A DNA stretch of 64,000 nucleotides from Acidimicrobiia bacterium. Its GTDB lineage: Bacteria > Actinomycetota > Acidimicrobiia > Spongiisociales > ZC4RG35. The translations under genes were made by a program, and so were the position numbers. The DNA lies in assembly GCA_965215185.1 (NCBI GenBank), contig OZ244034.1, forward strand, positions 1,088,001-1,152,000. The letters are read 5' to 3'. Below, one piece after another: positions 9,253-18,248 of this stretch. Positions within the stretch are counted from its first letter, which is position 1. The number at the start of each line of letters is the position of its first letter. The notes under the pieces are model-generated. The model had not been told where the DNA came from. It searched no databases and saw only the letters and a list, made by a program, of their open reading frames with translations.

Positions 9253-9483
9253 GAATGTCTTCTTCTTCCTTGGATAGACTCGCGGGTATCACCGGACCGG
9301 AAGCGGTGGACAGAACACTCATGATGGTGTGGAGAAGCAAGGCTCCTATAAGGTCACATCCGCTCCCGGGTCGGGGAGTGTCCCCAGGCCGAAAGCAGGC
9401 CGACAGATCATAGATAAGGCACAAACGGCCAGTTTGTCAAGGGGTCAGACCCGCCCCGACCAAGGGACCCCACCATTATGAGT
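9253..9483 (-). ncRNA. Bridge RNA region of IS110 A
   Basis: Guide segments at 9432-9440 (left target), 9407-9413 (right target, 6/7 match), 9342-9349 and 9316-9322 (donor). Confidence 0.8.
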
Positions 9484-9488
9484 GTTTG

Positions 9489-10703
9489 TCAAATCGAGTT
9501 TTGTGTGGTGATCCATTGTTGGTATCGGGTGGCGAGTTGATGGTTGTGGTATTGGCCTCGCTCGAGTTGTGATAGGCGTATTGGGTAGGTGTGGAGGGCC
9601 TCGGCGGCGTGAGCGAGGGTTGTTCGCGTGTTTTTGCGTAGACAGCGCAGATGGGCGCCGTCGGGTGTGTCCGGTGGGTTGGTGAGCAGCCTGTGGATCT
9701 CTCGGGCGATGTGACGTTTGAGGCAGCGGATGATCTCGCGACGGTTTTTGCCTTCTGTTTGTCTTTTTTGGACATAGGCGATGGTTGGCTGGTGGCGGCG
9801 CATGCGGGTGGTGGCGATCCGCCACAGGGCCTGGTTGGCCTGGCGGTTCCCGCCGCGGTTGAGACGGTGCCGGACGGTACGTCCCGAGGACGCTTGGACA
9901 GGGCTTACGCCGCACAGAGCAGCGAAAGAGGATTCTGAGTGCATGCGTTCGGGGTTGTCGCCTGCTGCGACCAATAACACCGCGGCGGTGTCGGCGCCGA
10001 TCCCGGGGGCGGCCAACAGTGCCGGGTTGACCTGGGCGCAGAGATGGTTGATCTGGGTGGTGAGTTCTCCGATCTCTGCGGTGAGGGTCTGGTATCGGCG
10101 GGCCAGGGAACGCAACGCCGCTTTGGCGTATCTGATGGTGGTGTCGGCTGTGCCTGGGCGGAAACCGGCGCAGGTCTTTACGCGGGCTTTGGGAGAAAGT
10201 CCTCCAAGTTGGTGTCTGACCTGGTCGGGAGCGGTAACAATCAGGGCGTGCAGCTGGTTGATGGCCTGGGTTCGGGCTTTGGTCGCCGAACGGCGGGCCA
10301 CCGTGAGCATCCGTATTGCTTCTACTGGACCGTTACCGCTTTTGGGCACTGCGGTGGCCTGTCCGCTGAGAACCGCCCGAGCCGCGGCTTGGGCATCGGC
10401 GGTGTCAGTCTTGCCCAACCGGCGGCGCAACTGACGGTTTGCACGGTTCACTTCCACCGCCTCCATGCCGATACTGGTGAGGTGGCGGGCCAGACCGGCG
10501 CCGTAGCTGCCGGTGCCCTCCACCCCGACTCGGACCACCCTGCCGTGGGACTGTAGCCAATCGCCCAGTTGCTCATAACCGGCCGTGTCGACCGCGAAAG
10601 GGGCTGTTCCCAGGACTCGACCGGTGCTGTCCACCACCGCTGCCACATGAACATCCCGATGGGTGTCCACCCCACCAAACACATCTACCTGACCTACTGA
10701 CAT
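9489..10703 (-). CDS. IS110-family DEDD recombinase (element B) with a C-terminal XRE-like HTH
   Basis: Same motifs as element A; its TGA stop overlaps the right-end TTGACA. Confidence 0.95.
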   Translation of the reverse strand: MSVGQVDVFGGVDTHRDVHVAAVVDSTGRVLGTAPFAVDTAGYEQLGDWLQSHGRVVRVGVEGTGSYGAGLARHLTSIGMEAVEVNRANRQLRRRLGKTDTADAQAAARAVLSGQATAVPKSGNGPVEAIRMLTVARRSATKARTQAINQLHALIVTAPDQVRHQLGGLSPKARVKTCAGFRPGTADTTIRYAKAALRSLARRYQTLTAEIGELTTQINHLCAQVNPALLAAPGIGADTAAVLLVAAGDNPERMHSESSFAALCGVSPVQASSGRTVRHRLNRGGNRQANQALWRIATTRMRRHQPTIAYVQKRQTEGKNRREIIRCLKRHIAREIHRLLTNPPDTPDGAHLRCLRKNTRTTLAHAAEALHTYPIRLSQLERGQYHNHQLATRYQQWITTQNSI

Positions 10704-10932
10704 GATTCCTCCTACTCGGAATATAATTCGGGCTGTTCACCAGACCCGCTGGCGGATGGACAACACACTCATGGTGGTGGAGAAGCAAGGCTCCTATCAG
10801 GTCACATCCGCCCACGGGTCGGTGAACAATCCCCCAGCCGGAAAACAGGTCGACAGATCGGCACCAAGGCACAAAACCAGGTTTCATAAGGGTCAGACCC
10901 GCCCCGGCCAAGGGACCCCTATCAGTATGAGT
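10704..10932 (-). ncRNA. Bridge RNA region of IS110 B
   Basis: Guide segments at 10880-10888 and 10857-10864 (target), 10790-10797 and 10766-10772 (donor). Confidence 0.8.
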
Positions 10933-11150
10933 GGGTTTCATAGAGGGTTGGTTGTTTGTGTAATTGGGGGTTTGATCGGGTTGGTTTGATGGTAGTTGGT
11001 TTCGTGTTCGGCGGGGGTGGTGTAGGTGGTATCTGGGGTGATTCCGCGAGGGTGGCGAAGGTGGTGTGGTCAAGGTCTCGCCAGGGTCCCCGGTTGCGGA
11101 TCAGTTCAGTTTTGTATAGACCGATGGTGGTCTCTGCCAGGGCATTGTCA

Positions 11151-11529
11151 AAGCCTCTATGAGTTTTCTCAGGTCAACAACCACGAAATGGGTGTGCTGG
11201 TTGACAGGAGTCAGTCCAGGGACCTGTACATGCAGATCTACGACGAGGCGATGAGGATTGTACGCCTGAGCGACGAAATCCGGGTCAAGGTTGCCCGAGT
11301 ACCGAAAGCACCCGTCGAGGATCCCCGACCCGGTGAGGCTCCCACCTGTCCAAAGTGCAACGAGACCATGGTCGTTCGCACAGCCAGGAAAGGCGCCAAC
11401 AAGGGCGAAACCTTTTGGGGGTGCTCCACCTTCCCCAAGTGCTGGGGCATGAGGCCTCTTGAAACTGCCCAAGCTGCCCCAAAGACCCCTTCCCGACGTG
11501 GGTTCCGTTCCCGACGGAAACGTTCTTAG
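11151..11529 (+). pseudogene. 5'-truncated gene: PLD-like C-terminal piece plus topoisomerase-type C4 zinc ribbon
   Basis: LYEFSQVNNHEMGVL...CPKCNETMVVR...FWGCSTFPKC. Confidence 0.65.
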
Positions 11530-11596
11530 CGATCACCCTAAGTACTCGCTGGCTTAGTCCTTAGGGGGTCGGTCGGTTAGTGAGGCTGGACCAGAG

Positions 11597-12050
11597 CTAT
11601 AGGTTTGGTCCAGTCGTTTGGCCACGATCCTGCCCGAGTCCGGCCAGACAGTCGGCCATGTCGTTCAAGGCGTGTCCGGAATGGCTTTTCACCTTCTCCC
11701 AGCGGATGTCCCGTCCGTTGAGCAGCCCGGCGATGGTTTCGATCAGTTCTCTGTGCGCCACCGGTTTACCCCCGGATCTCCGCATGTTGCGCTCGCGCCA
11801 ACCGGGAAGCCATTTGGTGAACGTTTTGATGACATATCTGCTGTCCGCTTGGATCAACAGCGGCTGGTCCGGTGGGAGAGACACCTAGAGTCTCGAGGAG
11901 GGCGGTCAGTTCCATGGCTTGGTGCGTTGTGTTGGGGTCACTGCCCCATTGGTACCGGCCGTCTTCGGTGGCCCATCCCCAGCCACCGGCGCCGCCCCTA
12001 ATTTCGCCAGACCCGTCAGTAGCGACAGTCAATCTTCTCATTTTGTTCAC
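11597..12050 (-). pseudogene. rnhA: Ribonuclease HI, frameshifted near 11886
   Basis: TDGS...GWG...MELTA in one frame; DSRYVI...W...KPV...WEKVKSHSGHALNDMAD in the next. Confidence 0.8.
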
Positions 12051-12263
12051 TGGCCTGTAATCCTAAGAGGAATCGTTGCAGTTCCTGATCACCTTACCGG
12101 GAATGGTCGAAAGGACTTGGGCCGAGCGGCAACAGCCCACCTCCGCTCCATTCTGCACTCCAAGTAGAAGGACCGGTCGGACAACTCCGGGTGCTGGCCG
12201 CCCGTCCTCAAGGCCATCATGGCAGGTCTGCGGTTCGGCTGATGAGCCGGGTTTCTTGGGCGT

Positions 12264-13082
12264 TTAGTCGGCATCAGGGTTTTGGGTCCTACTAGTTAGG
12301 TGTTCCTGTATCTGTCCTAACGAAGCTTCGATGCGTTCTTGGCGCTGTTCAAGAGACCTCAGTCGGTTAACGAGGTCGGACTCTTGGTCTGATTCAACGA
12401 AGTATGCGGCTATGTTGGCGGTAATGAAGGACACCACCCCGATCCCGGCCAGCATCAATACCACCGCGGTTGCCCGGCCTCCCGTAGTGACCGGGGAGAA
12501 ATCTCCGTAACCGACGGTGGTGAGGGTCACCACCGTCCACCATAGGCCATCAACTAGCGAGTGTCCCTCGAATAAAGCGAACAGCCCCCCGGTTGCCAAC
12601 GCTATGAGAACGAAGGCGGCGGTTGCGTAGCCGAGTCCCCGCTTTCGGAGAACGCGACGCAGATGCGTCAAACCCCGGGCGGAAGCCGCCGCTAAACCCG
12701 CCAACCGGAGAAGGCGAAGAACCCGGACAAGGCGAGACAATCGCGCAAGCCGGGTGAGAGCGAACAGTTCGCCCAGCAGTGGAAAAGAGACAAGAATGAC
12801 CAGAAGGTCCAGCCAGGCCTTCCTGGCATAAGCAAGACGGTCGTCGGTCAGGAGAATCACCACCGCGAATTCCACAGTGAACGCTGCCCAGATAAGCCAA
12901 TTGACTATCTCGAAAACAGTCTCCCACCCACCGACGGCGATCTGTTCGCCTATTACTACCGGGAGAACCGCCAGCGCCGCAACCATCACCGGTATCTCGA
13001 ACTGTTGACGAACCTTCGCAGCCCGCGGGTTCAGCACATCGTCGATAGTCCGGTGATCCCTCACAAATCCCAAAGAGTACAC
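12264..13082 (-). CDS. Potassium channel family protein (6TM type)
   Basis: TTVGYGD selectivity filter and an Arg-rich S4-like helix (RLARLSRLVRVLRLLR). Confidence 0.9.
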   Translation of the reverse strand: MYSLGFVRDHRTIDDVLNPRAAKVRQQFEIPVMVAALAVLPVVIGEQIAVGGWETVFEIVNWLIWAAFTVEFAVVILLTDDRLAYARKAWLDLLVILVSFPLLGELFALTRLARLSRLVRVLRLLRLAGLAAASARGLTHLRRVLRKRGLGYATAAFVLIALATGGLFALFEGHSLVDGLWWTVVTLTTVGYGDFSPVTTGGRATAVVLMLAGIGVVSFITANIAAYFVESDQESDLVNRLRSLEQRQERIEASLGQIQEHLTSRTQNPDAD

Positions 13083-13209
13083 ACGGCGACTCGGCTAGAG
13101 CACTTGCGCAAGAACCGGCGAGTACCAGGGTTCGCAACTAGGCGGCTCGGCCACAATATGCCCGCCGTTGGCGATCGTTAGCCTCCCCAAAACGAGGAAG
13201 GAGACTCCA

Positions 13210-13567
13210 ATGATCGAAACGTTAGAACAGGTCGCTTGCACCGTCTGGAACGAACTGGGCTATGGATACCGAGAAGATGTCTACGAAAAACGCCATGGCC
13301 CACGAAATGCGCACCACCCATCCAAACATGGTGTTCAATGTCGAAGCCTACGTGGAAATCCTGTACAAAGGCGTAGCGGTGGGATTGCAGCGTCTGGATT
13401 TCATAATCGATGACGAGCTGGCTGTCGAACTCAAAACGGGCGCAAAAATAGCACCAGCCCACCGGGCACAAAGGGAAGCGTATCTACGGACCACGCGCCT
13501 CGAGAAAGGCCTAATTGTCTGCTTTACCCCCACAGGCGTGGAATGTGAGCCAATAACCAGCTCGTGA
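13210..13567 (+). pseudogene. GxxExxY (PD-(D/E)XK) protein, frameshifted at an A-run near 13286
   Basis: LGYGYREDVYE, then RLDFIIDDELAVELK...AQ...YL...GLIVCF. Confidence 0.8.
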
Positions 13568-13617
13568 GACAGGCCTCAACAGTTCCAAACCGCCTCACTA
13601 CCCAACCGTCACTGATC

Positions 13618-14845
13618 GAGGCTTCGCGATATGTTGGGATTCGGGTAGGGAGGGGGTCGTTGGATAGGGGTTGAGGCCTCGCTGGAATTGGTGGTGTAAG
13701 CATTGCCTATCCAGGAGGCCTCAATGAGTTTCGATGTTATGAGGGTGCGGTTGCACCTGCCCACGTGTGACCGGTGTGGTGGTGGACACCCCCGCAGAGT
13801 TGGTGGTGGGGGTTCAATGTCAGGAAGTTGTCATCGTGTCCGTTTTGTGGGCTTTCTTGCCAGCAGGTGCATGACCGTCGCCGGCGGGAGATCCGCGATC
13901 TGGAGCACGGCGGCCGCTCGACGGTGTTGTTATCCCAGCGGCGGTTCGTGTGCGGTGCTTGTGGGAAACGGCACATGGAAAACCATCCCCAGTTCGAAGG
14001 CAGTATTACCCGGCGGCTGGCCCGGCGGCTGGTCCGGGACGCTCAGGTGATGCCGATCAGTGCGGTGTCCCGACATCATGGGGTGGGGTGGCATCTGGTC
14101 ATGGGACGTCTGGTGACTGGTCCGGGCTGGTCGGAGATCATCGTCGCAAACAGATGATTGATGAGACATCGATCCGCAAACGGCATCGGTATGTGACCGT
14201 GATCCTCAACGGCGACACCGGAGAGATGTTGGACATGATCGAAGGACGGTCCAAAGCGCTCAAGGTTTTTCATTGAGCAAGGACCCCGATGGTGTCAGAA
14301 CGTAGTCACCGACGGTTCCCACTCCTACCGGGCAGCTATTCACTATCTTCCCGGAGCCCGTCACGTCCTGGACCGCTTCCAGTCCGATGGTCGCCCAAGG
14401 ACTACCCTGGTACGCAGAGAACTGACGCCGCCAACCGCCCGGTGTGAAACCCGCCTCGAACCGGACCTGTTCCGCGCCCGGTTCGCTCTCCTGAAAAGAC
14501 ACGACCGTCTCGGACCGGAAAAATTCGGCCCATCCGCGTCTTCGGGTCGCCTTTACAAGAGCTCTACAGCCTCTATCAGGCCGACGACCTCCAAGGCGCC
14601 CTCGACGCTCTCCAACGCTTCGCCGACCTCTACGAAACCGGCCAGATTCCCGAGTACCACAACACCGTGACACCATCCTCAACTGGTCAGACGAAATCCT
14701 CAACTGGCACCACAGCCGCCGTTCCAACGGACCCCTCGAAGGCACCAACAACCTAATCCAAACCCTCCGCAGAACCGCCCACGGCTTCACAAACAGGCCT
14801 CAACAGTTCCAAAGCCGACCACAATCCCACGAATTCCGAAGGGCC
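13618..14845 (+). mobile_element. Degenerate ISL3-family element with an 8-bp target duplication
   Basis: CPFCG...VHD zinc finger, IDETSIRKRHRYVTV, SNGPLEGTNN...HGF; CACTGATC at 13610-13617 and 14846-14853. Confidence 0.85.
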
Positions 14846-14888
14846 CACTGATCCAAGTGAGCTGACTCCACAAAACCAGGAGACCATC
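14846..14888 (+). repeat. IS3-family right-end remnant
   Basis: CACTGATCCAAGTGAGCTGACTCCACAAAACC...ACCATCA, also present at about 22134-22177. Confidence 0.7.
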
Positions 14889-15190
14889 ACAAGAGATATT
14901 ACGATATTGGCACCATATCTATCCTGGCCAATCGACGGGGAATAGAAAGATAAAGTCTACACGTTCAGTTCCCAGATGAGTGCCTCCAATCTGCATTAGT
15001 GTCTGGGACTAGAACGGCGAGCCGGTGACTATCGAGAAGTGGCTGACTGACTACAATCGGACCGTCTTTAAGGATCGATAACATTATTGGAGTACAAATA
15101 AGACATGCAGAGGAACATCCGATTACAGGCAGTCTGATTCTTGGGGGCAGAGTCAGTGCGCCACCTGGCTGGTAGCAGAGGAGACCTGCA

Positions 15191-17680
15191 TTGGGCAGAA
15201 TCGTCGACGCCTTAAGCCGACTGGTTACGGCCCGTCCTATGGTGACGCTTGCCGCTCTATTCGTTACGACGATCTTCTTCGCCGCGGGAAGTGCTCAGCT
15301 TGCGCCACAGTCGACCAATGAGTCGTTCTTGCCCCAAGACAGCGAGATCACGAAGACATTGGAGGACCTAGAGGCTCTCTTCAGTGACTCCGCATCGGTA
15401 ACCCTCATGACATTAATCTTCCGAGGGGAGGCTCTCACTCCCGAAGGGCTCGCGCAGATGGAACGTGTTATTGAGGGGGTGCTCACGGACCCAGAAGTCG
15501 CCGACAACTTGGCGCCGAAGGATGCGGTCGTATCGCCTTCTCGGTTGGTAGCCGCCACGCTGCGGGTGACCAGTTTTGAAGGAATCACCCAAGCTCAGAT
15601 TGACGGGGCGATGAACGCCATTCGCAACACGCCGGAACTCGCACAGGTCCGGAGGGCGCTGGATGGGCTGACCGGAACCGATGACGACGGTACCCCCATT
15701 GCGGTCGCCAGTGTACGGCTGTTTGACATAGATGGGGCGGGCACCGCAGGCGACGCCGAACTCAGGATTAGCGAGTTGGTCAAACAGGAGAAGGGACCAC
15801 TCTCGGTTCGCAGCCTCTCGCAAGCTGTCATCGACGAAGCCCAAAGGGAAGCTACGGGTCCAAGGGGGCAGCGATTGTTGGGTCTGGCGCTGGTCGTTAT
15901 CGCGGCGATGACATTCCTCTTTATGCGCACGATATCCGATTTGTTGCTCACCCTAGGAGGTCTGGCTCTCGCGCTTATCTGGACGGTAGGCGCGCAGGGT
16001 TGGCTCGGACCGAACGCCCTCGGCCTCATCGGTCCGCCCAGCTCACTGGCATCGGTCGTACCATTAATTGTGATCGGACTTGCCGTCGACTATTCGATCC
16101 AAACCGTCGCTCTCTACCGTGAGCAAACGAATTCGGGTGAATCAGTAGCAAACGGAGTTCGCATAGGCCTGCGAAACGCGATCGTCCCTTTGTCGCTTGC
16201 GGCTATCACAACGATCATTAGCTTTTTCACAACGCTACTGTCGCCGTTCCCTGCGATCTCCGACTTCGGTGTCGTTACCGGCTTGGGAGTGGGTTTGAGC
16301 TTGATCGCGATGCTCACCCTGGTCCCTTCCGTCCGGGCAATAATCGACAGAAGGCGGGAGGACCGAGGTAACTTCGTTCCTGCTTATCCGATTGCAGAAG
16401 CAATTCCGGGCGTCAAAAGAGCAGCAGAGAAGCTTGGTGTGGTATTGGCACGCAGGCCGACCCTCTTTTTGTTGCTTGTGGTTTTGGTGACAATAGGGCT
16501 TGGGTATGAGGCTACTCGGATCGACACTGAATTCGGCAGGCAAGATTTGTTACCTCGGGATAGTGAAGTGATTGAGGACCTCACGACACTCGAAGCTGCC
16601 CTGGGCGGTTCGACAGAAATGGTAAATGTACTCATATCTGCTGAATTGACGGATACCCGAACAGTCCTGAACCTTTGGGATTTCATGACAGCGTTCCAGG
16701 ATGAAGGACAGCGACCGGCAGGCGTAGAGGGCAATATCAGTCTCTCGTTCGGTCACATCGCGTTTGACTGGATCACAGATGACGGCAGTCTGGAAGACAA
16801 GTACGACCCCGAGTTGGCAAGGCTTTTTCAGGAGGCGACCGCAGGCCTGCACGTTGACGCAAGACTCGTGCAGGAATTCATTGACAAACTGGAATCCAAG
16901 GAACCCGAAGTTGTACGGCAGGTCCTGGTCAACAACCCGGAAGGCATTGACACGATGCTGATTCAGTTCCAGGCACTTACCGACAACCCGGGGCGCACGG
17001 TGGACATGACCGAAGAAACCAAGCGACTGTGGTTGGGAAACAACCGCGAGATCACACCGACGTCCCAATCCATCGTAAGCATTGAGATCTCGAAAGTGGT
17101 TACAGAGACTCAAAGAAGGGCGATCATCACAACTATCGCTGCTGCCCTCGGCATACTCATCCTCTTCTGGGCATCCGTCCGCCAACCTGCCCTTGCCTTT
17201 ATAGCAGTCGGTCCTATCGTCCTGGCACTTGTATGTGCCCTGGGCACGATGTCTCTTCTCAACATCCCCTATACACCGGTGACCTCGATTATCACGGCAC
17301 TTTCGGTGGGAATTGGCGTGGACTACACAATTCATATGATCCACCGCTACCGAGAAGAATTCGCAAAGGAGCGCGACCCAGAAACCGCTGCAATACGGAC
17401 TCTTGCCACCACCGGTGCAGCCCTGCTGGGCTCGGCCCTCACGACAGCGGTGGGATTTGGAGTACTGACAATTTCGTCTATCCCCTCGTTCCAGCAATTG
17501 GGGCTCACCGCTGCCATCACAATCGCATACTCGCTGATCGTCTCCACCTTAGTTGTACCGCCGGCCTTGACTGTATGGGGCGTTTATCAAAATGCGCGGT
17601 TACGCTCCAAGGTGAGACACTTTTGGGATGATCTCGACGTCACCATAGACAACATTCATCAGCGCTACGAGGCTGACTGA
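15191..17680 (+). CDS. MMPL/RND-family transporter
   Basis: Two repeats with GLAVDYSI and GIGVDYTIH; about 12 TM segments. Confidence 0.9.
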   Translation: MGRIVDALSRLVTARPMVTLAALFVTTIFFAAGSAQLAPQSTNESFLPQDSEITKTLEDLEALFSDSASVTLMTLIFRGEALTPEGLAQMERVIEGVLTDPEVADNLAPKDAVVSPSRLVAATLRVTSFEGITQAQIDGAMNAIRNTPELAQVRRALDGLTGTDDDGTPIAVASVRLFDIDGAGTAGDAELRISELVKQEKGPLSVRSLSQAVIDEAQREATGPRGQRLLGLALVVIAAMTFLFMRTISDLLLTLGGLALALIWTVGAQGWLGPNALGLIGPPSSLASVVPLIVIGLAVDYSIQTVALYREQTNSGESVANGVRIGLRNAIVPLSLAAITTIISFFTTLLSPFPAISDFGVVTGLGVGLSLIAMLTLVPSVRAIIDRRREDRGNFVPAYPIAEAIPGVKRAAEKLGVVLARRPTLFLLLVVLVTIGLGYEATRIDTEFGRQDLLPRDSEVIEDLTTLEAALGGSTEMVNVLISAELTDTRTVLNLWDFMTAFQDEGQRPAGVEGNISLSFGHIAFDWITDDGSLEDKYDPELARLFQEATAGLHVDARLVQEFIDKLESKEPEVVRQVLVNNPEGIDTMLIQFQALTDNPGRTVDMTEETKRLWLGNNREITPTSQSIVSIEISKVVTETQRRAIITTIAAALGILILFWASVRQPALAFIAVGPIVLALVCALGTMSLLNIPYTPVTSIITALSVGIGVDYTIHMIHRYREEFAKERDPETAAIRTLATTGAALLGSALTTAVGFGVLTISSIPSFQQLGLTAAITIAYSLIVSTLVVPPALTVWGVYQNARLRSKVRHFWDDLDVTIDNIHQRYEAD

Positions 17681-17699
17681 GACCATCAGGCGTATCCAT

Positions 17700-17975
17700 G
17701 CTCATTTCCGTGTACATACGGTTCCTCTTCGGGTTTGGGCTGAGCTAGGGACGGTATGGGATTTCGGGTAGGCCTCAACCGAGTGGAGCGTCTGATGACT
17801 CCACCATGTATACCAGGCGTCACCTGCCAAAAGACCTCCCATCGTCGCAAACGTCGAGTGACTGGCGAGGTACCTGCTGATTTGGTTGGGCGGCGGTTTG
17901 AACCGCTCCGAGTTTTCCGGAGGATTTGGTGGTACCCCACTTTGGTGGAGTTGGGATATTTGAATTAGTGGTGTG
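17700..17975. mobile_element. IS3-family fragments (OrfB piece and a terminal IR)
   Basis: VGLNRVERLM...DLVGRRF; TGAACCGCTCCGAGTTTTCCGGAG at 17899, similar to 20879-20955. Confidence 0.6.
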
Positions 17976-18248
17976 CTGACCTGGGGTGTTGTGGTTTCGC
18001 TCCAGCGCCACCTCAACCAGGATGTTTACACCATCTATCTGGTGCGGGTCGGGGCGGACGGTGACTGGGACACGGTGAAAGAACTCCACGATGTGTACCT
18101 TGAAGCCAGGCGGGACAACCATCAGGCAATGCAAGACGGACTCGACGGGCTGCTATCGGATTTCGTTGGGCATGGGGACTACTCGGGGGAGTGGCAATAA
18201 ACCCACCGGCCACGAGTGGTTAGTGGCACGCTCGGTCTGTCAGGTCGG

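Larger units (their letters stand above)
7994..9483 (-). mobile_element. Complete IS110 element A
   Basis: Left end starts ACTCATAAT, right end is TTGACAAAAATAGGAGCATC, and the recombinase is intact. Confidence 0.85.
7972..11150 (-). mobile_element. IS3-family right-end remnant whose terminal IR is split by IS110 insertions
   Basis: TGAACCGTGCC (7972-7982) plus GGGTTTCATAGAG (10933-10945) rebuilds an IS6110-like IR. 11050-11150 encodes DNALAETTIGLYKTELIRNRGPWR (OrfB C-terminus). Confidence 0.8.

Noticed and set aside
7842-10932. Long terminal inverted repeats of a composite transposon
   Set aside because: The inverted homology is better explained by two separate IS110 left ends with different guides
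11026-11529. 167-aa ORF as an intact gene
   Set aside because: Its N-terminus is antisense IS3 sequence fused to a truncated gene
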